The notes beneath the pieces were generated by a model, which had not been told where the DNA came from, did no database searches, and saw nothing but the letters and a program-made list of their open reading frames with translations. Position numbers and translations under genes: made by a program. From an uncultured delta proteobacterium (GTDB lineage: Bacteria; Myxococcota; Myxococcia; Myxococcales; Anaeromyxobacteraceae), in assembly GCA_963845515.1 (NCBI GenBank), contig CAWJSR010000056.1:1-15909 (forward strand): a DNA stretch of 15,909 nucleotides, written 5' to 3'. Below, piece after piece: positions 10,058 to 15,909 of the stretch. The first letter of the stretch is position 1; each line of letters begins with the position of its first letter.

Positions 10058-10232
10058 GGCGATGGAGCGCGTTGACGGGGAGTGGAGTCGCCGAAAGTGG
10101 CATCACCGCGGGTGGACGAACGCGCCGCGGAGCGGCTCGGACGGCCGTCCCGCGGCGCGAGCCGGAGGATCGACGATGGGATCCGAAAGGGACGTGCGAC
10201 GGTGAGCCACGCGAAAAAGGCGCGTGCCTTCC

Positions 10233-10261
10233 TTGACGGGATCGATCGGCGCAAGTAATTT
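10233..10261 (+). promoter_or_regulatory. Sigma70-type promoter for the Lys-rich microprotein gene
   Basis: TTGACG (10233-10238), exactly 17 nt, TAATTT (10256-10261), within an AT-rich patch of a GC-rich genome. Confidence 0.7.
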
Positions 10262-10327
10262 CTCTTCACATTGTCCGTTCTACCGTCCATCTCGGATGAG
10301 AATGGGCCACCGAGGAGGGAAGCTCTG

Positions 10328-10408
10328 ATGCCTGCCAAGAAGAAGGTCGCCAAGAAGACCGTCGCCAAGAAGCCCGCCAAGAAGACGACCAAGAAGGCCA
10401 AGAAGTAG
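10328..10408 (+). CDS. 26-aa lysine-rich histone H1-like microprotein (MPAKKKVAKKTVAKKPAKKTTKKAKK)
   Basis: Strong SD GAGGAGG (10312-10318), ATG 10328 and TAG 10406-10408. 13 of 26 residues are Lys, all AAG, and nearly all third positions are G/C. Has its own promoter and terminator. Confidence 0.82.
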   Translation: MPAKKKVAKKTVAKKPAKKTTKKAKK

Positions 10409-10438
10409 ACGCGGCAGGAATCTTCTCCGCGTAGCGCC

Positions 10439-10468
10439 GCGGCCGCCTTCGGGCGGCCGCAGCTTTTT
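10439..10468 (+). terminator. Rho-independent terminator
   Basis: 9-bp stem GCGGCCGCC-TTCG-GGCGGCCGC (cUUCGg tetraloop) followed by AGCTTTTT, 30 nt after the microprotein stop. Confidence 0.8.
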
Positions 10469-10480
10469 CTGGAGGCGCGC

Positions 10481-10528
10481 AGCGCGCCCGGGCGCGAAGC
10501 GCGGCGCCGAAGCGCCGCCGGGCGCGCT
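10481..10528. repeat. Perfect branched (Y/T-shaped) palindrome
   Basis: Outer 11-bp stem AGCGCGCCCGG/CCGGGCGCGCT encloses two hairpins, GCGC-GAA-GCGC and GGCGC-CGAA-GCGCC. Confidence 0.75.
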
Positions 10529-10570
10529 CCCCTCCCCGGTCACGGTCGGTGAGAGGGTCGAGGTGGGAGG
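10527..10570. repeat. Degenerate REP-like element (CCCTCTCCC..GGGAGAGGG..GGGGTGAGGG-like)
   Basis: CTCCCCTCCCC-ggtcacggtcggt-GAGAGGGTCGAGGTGGGAGG. Similar to the elements at 12876-12995. Confidence 0.45.
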
Positions 10571-12076
10571 ATGTCGCTCGGAGCGCGTGAGATCGAGGCG
10601 CTGGTTCGCGAGCTGCAGCCGCTCGTAGGACTTCGGATCGACGCCGTCCGGCTGCACGCCGAGCGCGCGCTCACGCTGGAGCTCCACGGCTCCGCAGGCA
10701 GCGTGCTCCTCCTCGTCTCCGCGGAGCCGGACGTCACGCGCCTCCACGTCGCGTCGCGCCGGCCGCCCCAGCCCGAGCACCCGTTCGGCGCGCAGGCGGT
10801 GCTGCGGCGGGCGCTCGAGGGTTCCCGCCTCTCCGCGCTCACGCTCCTCGCCGGCGACCGGGTCGTGGCGCTCGACCTCTCGAAGAGCGAGGGACCGCTT
10901 CGCCTGGTCGCCGAGCTGACGGGGCGGCACGGCAACCTGTTCCTGCTGGGGGGCGACGGCGTCATCCGCGCCGCCGCAGGGCGGAACCTCTCGCAGCGCC
11001 GGCAGCTCGTCCCCGGCACGCCCTGGGTCGCCCCGGCGCCGCCGCCGCTCGCGGCGACGGAGGCTGCCGCACGGCACGAGGCCGACGCACCGGACGAGGC
11101 GACCTCGCCGTCAGGAGCCGGCGCGAAGGGTCGCTTCCCGCTCTCGGCTGCGGTCGAGCAGCGCTACGCCGAGCGCGAGGCGGCGCGGCTCCTCTCCGAT
11201 GGGCGCCGGCGCCTGCGCGAGCCGCTGCGCGCCGGGCTCGCGCGGGCACGCCGCGCGCTGGAGCGGCTCGCCGAGGAGGCTGCGCGCGTGCCGGCCGCCG
11301 AGGCCGACCGCCGCGCGGCAGATCTCCTCAAGCAGAACCTCCGACTCCTCAGGCGCGGTCAGCGGGAGGTGACGCTCACCGAGTGGACCGACGCCGGCGC
11401 CCGCCAGGTGACGGTCGCGCTCGATCCGGCGCTGTCACCACAGCAGAACATGGAGCGCCACTACCGGCACTACCGCCGGATCGTGGAGAGCGCCGCCAGG
11501 GTCGAGGCGCGGGCCGCCGAGATGCGGGCGCGCGAGGTGGCGCTGCGGGCGCTCCTCGACGCCGTCGACGCTGCTCCGCTCGAGTCCCTGGCCAGGCTGG
11601 AGCGGGAGGCCCGCGCGCTCTCGGCGGGACCGAAGGCGCAGCCCGCCGCGGGCGCGCGCCGCCGGCGCGAGGAGCCTCCGCCCCCGTACCGGACCTTCCA
11701 CTCCCTGGCAGGCGTCCAGATCCTCGTCGGCAGGGGCGCCGCGCAGAACGACGCGCTCACCTTGCGGATAGCGCGCGGCAACGACGCCTGGCTCCACGCC
11801 CGCGGGATCACCGGTGCCCACGTCGTGATCCGGGTCGCGCGTGGGCAGGCACCCGACCAGGAGACGCTCCTCGACGGGGCCCACCTCGCCGCGCACTTCA
11901 GCGACGCGCGCGGCGAGCCGTCCTGTGACGTCGCGTGGACTCGCGCCAGGTTCGTCCGGAAGCCCAAGGGGTCGGCGCCTGGAGCGGTGACCTACAGCCA
12001 GGAGCGGGTGATCGCCCTGCGCATCGAGCGGCTCCGGATCGAGCGGCTGCTCGCGGCAGAGGAGGCGGCGCCTTGA
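10571..12076 (+). CDS. rqcH: NFACT family protein, ribosome quality control factor RqcH (Rqc2/FbpA homolog), 501 aa
   Basis: NFACT-N motifs GDRVV and AELTGRHGNLFLL, coiled coils with LDPALSPQQNMERHYRHYRR, and a C-terminal NFACT-R domain (VGRGAAQNDALT...DAWLHARGITGAHVVI...VRKPKGSAPGAVTY). Confidence 0.88.
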   Translation: MSLGAREIEALVRELQPLVGLRIDAVRLHAERALTLELHGSAGSVLLLVSAEPDVTRLHVASRRPPQPEHPFGAQAVLRRALEGSRLSALTLLAGDRVVALDLSKSEGPLRLVAELTGRHGNLFLLGGDGVIRAAAGRNLSQRRQLVPGTPWVAPAPPPLAATEAAARHEADAPDEATSPSGAGAKGRFPLSAAVEQRYAEREAARLLSDGRRRLREPLRAGLARARRALERLAEEAARVPAAEADRRAADLLKQNLRLLRRGQREVTLTEWTDAGARQVTVALDPALSPQQNMERHYRHYRRIVESAARVEARAAEMRAREVALRALLDAVDAAPLESLARLEREARALSAGPKAQPAAGARRRREEPPPPYRTFHSLAGVQILVGRGAAQNDALTLRIARGNDAWLHARGITGAHVVIRVARGQAPDQETLLDGAHLAAHFSDARGEPSCDVAWTRARFVRKPKGSAPGAVTYSQERVIALRIERLRIERLLAAEEAAP

Positions 12077-12110
12077 CCTCGGACGTCCCGGGCCACAGGA
12101 TTCGGGCGTC

Positions 12111-12863
12111 GTGACCTCGACCGCGGAACGCCAGCTCCACCTGTTCGACGCGCGGCGACTCGCCCCGGAGGAGCGGGCGGAGCGCGCCCGGCGACTCGCC
12201 GACGCGCTCTCCTCGTTCCTCTCGGAGGACGTCCGGCTCACGATCCACGACAACCGCTCGACGATGGTCTCGTTCCGCCGGCGGGGGCCTGAGGTGCACT
12301 ACCGGGTCCACCACATGTTCCTCGACTCGCCGGACGAGGTGGTCGGGGCCCTCGCAGCCTTCGCGCTGCCCGGCCGTGGCACCGCGGCGCGCCGTCGCGA
12401 CGCAGGCCAGCGGATCGACGAGTGGGTGAAGCGCCACCGTCATCGCATCTCGGGGCCTCGATCCGTGCCCCTCCAGCCGCGCGGGCGCGCGCACGACCTC
12501 AAGGCGATCTTCGATCGGATCAACGCCGAGCACTTCGGCGGCGCGATCGACGCGCGCATCGGCTGGGGGTCGGTCCGCGTCGGGGACCGGCGGCGCACGG
12601 TCAAGACCGGCGTCTACCTGGAGGAGGCGAGGCTCATCCGGATCCACCCCTCGCTGGACCGGCCCGAGGTCCCCGAGCTCTACGTGGCCTTCATCGTCTT
12701 CCACGAGATGCTCCACCAGGCGGTCCCCGCGCGCGAGGTCAACGGGCGGCGCGTCGTCCACGGCAGGGAGTTCCGCCGGCGGGAGCGGGCCTGGCCCGAT
12801 TACGAGCGCGCGCTCGCGTGGGAGCGGCAACACATCAGGCTCCTCCTGTCGTCCCCGGCGTGA
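12111..12863 (+). CDS. SprT-like / YgjP-like zinc metalloprotease domain protein, 250 aa
   Basis: IRIHPSLDRPEVPELYVAFIVFHEMLH...HGREFR: an HExxH motif plus a downstream His typical of SprT-like domains. The GTG start is uncertain. Confidence 0.72.
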   Translation: MTSTAERQLHLFDARRLAPEERAERARRLADALSSFLSEDVRLTIHDNRSTMVSFRRRGPEVHYRVHHMFLDSPDEVVGALAAFALPGRGTAARRRDAGQRIDEWVKRHRHRISGPRSVPLQPRGRAHDLKAIFDRINAEHFGGAIDARIGWGSVRVGDRRRTVKTGVYLEEARLIRIHPSLDRPEVPELYVAFIVFHEMLHQAVPAREVNGRRVVHGREFRRRERAWPDYERALAWERQHIRLLLSSPA

Positions 12864-12875
12864 CGTCGATGGAGG

Positions 12876-12995
12876 CTCTCCTCTCCACCCGGGACGCGGG
12901 GAAAAGAGGGGTGAGGGCGTGATCGGGTGGCCCCGCGTTGCTATGGCATGATTCTCCTCTCCCCATCCTCTCTTCCGGTGGAGGGGGAGGAAGGG
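12876..12995. repeat. Pair of degenerate REP-like elements in inverted arrangement (REPIN-like)
   Basis: 12876-12917 CTCTCCTCTCCACCCG..CGGGGAAAAGAGGGGTGAGGG and 12954-12995 CTCCTCTCCCCATCCTCTCTTCC..GGAGGGGGAGGAAGGG. Both are pyrimidine-then-purine imperfect palindromes sharing CTCCTCTCC. Confidence 0.5.
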
Positions 12996-13005
12996 ATCGG
13001 CCTCG

Positions 13006-14991
13006 ATGCAGCGCGCCTTCATCATCGCTCCGCTCGCCCTCCTCGTCGCCGCCGGCTGCCTGACCTCCCGCGGGACCGCTGACGCGCCGATCGTCTCGGA
13101 GGTCCGCTTCGAGGGGATGCGCCTGCTCGACGAGGACGACCTCGCCGAGCGGCTCGCCACGCACCGGCCGGAGGGGCTCCTCCTGCGCGAGGGGTACTCC
13201 CTCGACAGCGACGCACTCAGCGTGGACCGGCGCCGGATCGAGGCCTGGTACCGGGAGCGGGGTTTCTACGGCGCGAAGGTCCTCGACGCGAAGGTCACCC
13301 CCGACGGTCGCGGCCGCGCTCGGGTGACGTTCCGCGTCGAGGAGGGGGTGCCTGTGCGCGTTCGCCAGGTCACGGTGACCGGCCTGGACGCCGCGCCGGA
13401 GGCGAAGGCGCGGGTCGGGACGCTCCCCATCGCCCCCGGGCAGGTGTTCCGGGAGCAGCGCTACGATCGCGCGCGCGGCGCCATCGCGCGCGCGCTGCGC
13501 GAGACGGGCTGGGGCGACGCGAAGGTGACGCAGTCTGCGCTCGTCGTCCCGGAGGAGCTGCGCGCCGAGGTCACCTACGCGGTGGAGCCCGGGCCGCGCC
13601 TCGCGTTCGGCGACATCGAGGTCGAGGGCGCCGTCGTCGTGCCGCCAGAGCGGGTCGTCCAGAAGGTGCGGCTCGCCCTGCGCCCGGGAGGCTGGTTCGA
13701 CGAGTCGCTGCTGGAGGCCGCCCAGGCGCGCGTCTTCGAGATGGGGGTCTTCGGCGGCGTGCGCATCACGCGCGGTCCCACGGACGAGGCGCGCGGGGTG
13801 ATCCCGGTCAAGGTCGAGGTGCGCGAGGCGCCGTTCCGCAGCATCAGCGCCGGTCCCGGCATCGCCTTCCAGCAGAACCGCTGGGAGGGGCGCGTCTCCG
13901 GCGCCTGGACGCACCGCAACTTCCTCGGTGACCTCCGGCGTCTCTCCACCGACGGACGCGTCGGCTGGGCATTCCTGCCGTCGCCGTTCGCCCCGCTGAA
14001 GCAGGGGTTCGTCGCGCTGGCCGGGGTGGGGCTCACGCAGCCGCGGACCTTCGGGACGCCGGTCGACACGACCGTGCGCCTGGAGCTGGAGCGCTCCATC
14101 GAGGAGGCCTACTCGTTCTGGTCGCAGCGCGGGCGCATCGGCTTCCCGTCGCGCATCGGGAGGCGCGCCATCTTCGTCCCCTCGTACGCGCTGGAGGCGT
14201 ACGAGGTCGAGGGGATCGCCGGGACGCAGGCGGTGCGGAGCGCGCCGCTGCTCGCGAGCTGCCCGGGCCGGCTCTGCATCCTCAGCTACCTGGAGCAACG
14301 GCTCGCGCTCGACCTGCGCGACGACCCGATCGAGACGCGCAAGGGAAGCTACTTCGCGGTCGCGGTGCAGGAGGGCTTCCGGCTCGGCGTCTACGGCTAC
14401 CAGTACCTGCGCTTCCTCCCGGAGGCGCGCGCCTTCCTGCCGCTCGGGAGGCGCGTGGTCCTCGCGGCGCGCGCGCGGCTCGGGGCGCTCGTCCCGATCG
14501 CCGAGGCGTCTCCGCCGCCCATCGTGGCCCGCTTCACCGCCGGCGGGCCGCTCTCGATGCGCGGGTACTACGTCGGCCGTCTCTCGCCGCTCCAGCGTCA
14601 GGATGGCGAGTACGTGCCTGTAGGCGGGAACGGCCTGGTGGACGGGGCCGTGGAGCTCCGCGTCGACGCCTCGCGCTCGCTCGGACTCGCCCTCTTCCTG
14701 GACGTGGGCAACGTCTCGAAGCCGGACACCGACGGCCTGGCGTGGCTCTCGGCGGCCGACCCGATGCTGCTCCAGTACGCGGCAGGCCTCGGGCTGCGCT
14801 ACCGGACGCCGGTGGGGCCGCTCCGGCTCGACGCCGCGGTCCGGCTTCCCAACCCGCTCGCGCCCGCCGCCGGCGTGCCGGGGCTCACGGTCCTGAGCGA
14901 CGCCTGCGCCGCGCAGCCCACCTCGGACTTCCCGTGTGTCCACCACGAGCCGCTCGTCTCGGTGCACCTGACCCTGGGGGAGGCGTTCTAG
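13006..14991 (+). CDS. tamA: Omp85 family outer-membrane protein, TamA/BamA type, probable lipoprotein, 661 aa
   Basis: Signal with lipobox-like LVAAG-C, POTRA-like repeats (IEAWYRERGFYGAKV, ALRETGW), barrel motif SMRGY, GLGLRYRTPVGPLRLD and a C-terminal HLTLGEAF. Followed by a TamB-like gene. Confidence 0.88.
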   Translation: MQRAFIIAPLALLVAAGCLTSRGTADAPIVSEVRFEGMRLLDEDDLAERLATHRPEGLLLREGYSLDSDALSVDRRRIEAWYRERGFYGAKVLDAKVTPDGRGRARVTFRVEEGVPVRVRQVTVTGLDAAPEAKARVGTLPIAPGQVFREQRYDRARGAIARALRETGWGDAKVTQSALVVPEELRAEVTYAVEPGPRLAFGDIEVEGAVVVPPERVVQKVRLALRPGGWFDESLLEAAQARVFEMGVFGGVRITRGPTDEARGVIPVKVEVREAPFRSISAGPGIAFQQNRWEGRVSGAWTHRNFLGDLRRLSTDGRVGWAFLPSPFAPLKQGFVALAGVGLTQPRTFGTPVDTTVRLELERSIEEAYSFWSQRGRIGFPSRIGRRAIFVPSYALEAYEVEGIAGTQAVRSAPLLASCPGRLCILSYLEQRLALDLRDDPIETRKGSYFAVAVQEGFRLGVYGYQYLRFLPEARAFLPLGRRVVLAARARLGALVPIAEASPPPIVARFTAGGPLSMRGYYVGRLSPLQRQDGEYVPVGGNGLVDGAVELRVDASRSLGLALFLDVGNVSKPDTDGLAWLSAADPMLLQYAAGLGLRYRTPVGPLRLDAAVRLPNPLAPAAGVPGLTVLSDACAAQPTSDFPCVHHEPLVSVHLTLGEAF

Positions 14992-15909
14992 TGCCCAGCG
15001 CGCCGGCCACTCCGGCAGCCGTCCGCCGCGCGCTGCGGGGGCTTGGCTGGGCGCTCCTCTGGGGCGTCGCGATTGGCGGCGTCGCGCTCTCCGTGGCGGC
15101 GCTCCTCGCGGCGCTCCCCGTGACGCGCCCGCTCGCGGCGGCGACCCTCGTCAGGTGGGCGGACGAGGCGGTGGCGGGGCGGCTGGAGCTGGACGGGATC
15201 GGCGTGCTCGCGCGCGGCGGCGTGGAGCTTCGCGGCCTGCGCGTCTTCGATCCGGACGGCCGGCCGGTGCTCGGCGTGGAGCGCGCGCGCGTCTTCTTCC
15301 ACGCGTTCGGCATCGTGGAGCGCGAGCTGGGGGTCACGCTGGAGCTCGATGGCGTCGAGGTGGACGCAGCGCAGCGCGGTGAGGACGGTGAGCTGGCGCT
15401 GGCGCGGGCCTTCGCCCCGGCCCGCAGGGCGCCGCCGCGCCCCGGGAGGACGGCCGTCGAGCGCCCCGCCGGCGCTGGAGAGGTCGCGAGGGAGGCAGTT
15501 GGCTGGACCCTGCGCGTGGCGCGACTCTCGATCTCGCGAGGGCACGTCGTGGCCGAGGGGCTGGAAGGCGAGCCGCTGGACCTGACGGGGGTCACCCTCG
15601 ACGCCCGCGGGCTCTGGGCGGCCCGAGGGGCCTGGATCGAGGCGCGGCTCGCGGGCGTTCTAGAGGCCCCCGTGAAGGCGCCAGTGACGCTCGAGCTGCG
15701 CGCCATGCGCGACCACGACCGCGTGGAGCTCCAGCGCCTCGCGGCGAGCGTGGGGGACGATCGGCTCGAGGCCGTGGGGGAGGGTGATCTCGCGCGGCGG
15801 AGCGGCCGGCTGGCGGTCACGCGGCTGGGGCTCTCGGCGCGGGAGGCGGGGGCCCTCGCGCCCGCGGCCCGGCTCGCGGGCGGCCTCTCCGGGACGATCT
15901 ACGCGGAGT
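14991..15909 (+). CDS. tamB: Translocation/assembly module TamB (AsmA-like), 3'-partial
   Basis: GTG at 14991 overlaps the tamA TAG, and the frame is open to the window end. An N-terminal TM (LGWALLWGVAIGGVALSVAALLAAL) is followed by beta-rich segments (GRLELDGI..GVELRGLRVFDPDGRPVLGVERARV). It is absent from the ORF track because it has no stop. Confidence 0.8.
   Translation, partial: MPSAPATPAAVRRALRGLGWALLWGVAIGGVALSVAALLAALPVTRPLAAATLVRWADEAVAGRLELDGIGVLARGGVELRGLRVFDPDGRPVLGVERARVFFHAFGIVERELGVTLELDGVEVDAAQRGEDGELALARAFAPARRAPPRPGRTAVERPAGAGEVAREAVGWTLRVARLSISRGHVVAEGLEGEPLDLTGVTLDARGLWAARGAWIEARLAGVLEAPVKAPVTLELRAMRDHDRVELQRLAASVGDDRLEAVGEGDLARRSGRLAVTRLGLSAREAGALAPAARLAGGLSGTIYAE

Noticed and set aside
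10085..10200. GAAA-loop hairpins suggestive of a c-di-GMP or other riboswitch
   Set aside because: The stems are short and I could not match the conserved core of any riboswitch. An Rfam scan would be needed.
10296..10328. 10-codon uORF (MRMGHRGGKL) with TGATG overlap onto the microprotein start
   Set aside because: It has no SD, its start lies in a hairpin, and the microprotein has its own strong SD. Probably chance.
10054..10401. 115-aa minus-strand ORF with hydrophobic N-terminus (MAFLVVFLAGFLATVF...)
   Set aside because: The hydrophobic stretch is simply the antisense of the AAG-rich microprotein. The promoter, SD and terminator all support the plus strand.
5868..14967. Long antisense ORFs (e.g. 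5868-7598, 11898-13160, 12835-14967)
   Set aside because: Shadow ORFs opposite well-supported genes, with no motifs. Expected at this GC content.

Overview
A GC-rich bacterial chromosome segment. The gene set and style resemble Anaeromyxobacter/Myxococcota, which is an inference. Left (1-3142), visibly lower GC: the 3' part of an MmeI-family (Type IIG/IIL) N6-adenine methyltransferase, coupled by a GTGA overlap to a 426-aa protein with an N-terminal HNH domain and an unrecognised C-terminal region, ending in a 15-bp tandem duplication. The '1032-aa ORF' is an apparent fusion of these two genes caused by one extra base near 1679. Core genes follow: a uppP-Nudix(CoA)-manC-manB/algC-ROK kinase operon (+), a convergent exbB-exbD-tonB operon (-), then rqcH/NFACT, a SprT-like HExxH protein, a TamA/Omp85 gene and the start of tamB (+). 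The 10017-10570 intergenic region hides a complete mini transcription unit missed by the ORF track: sigma70-like promoter, strong SD, a 26-aa 50%-lysine histone-H1-like peptide and a UUCG terminator. After it come a perfect Y-shaped palindrome and a REP-like element. Four single-base insertions (MTase, manC twice, exbD) suggest sequencing or assembly indels. No rRNA, tRNA, CRISPR array or transposase was seen.
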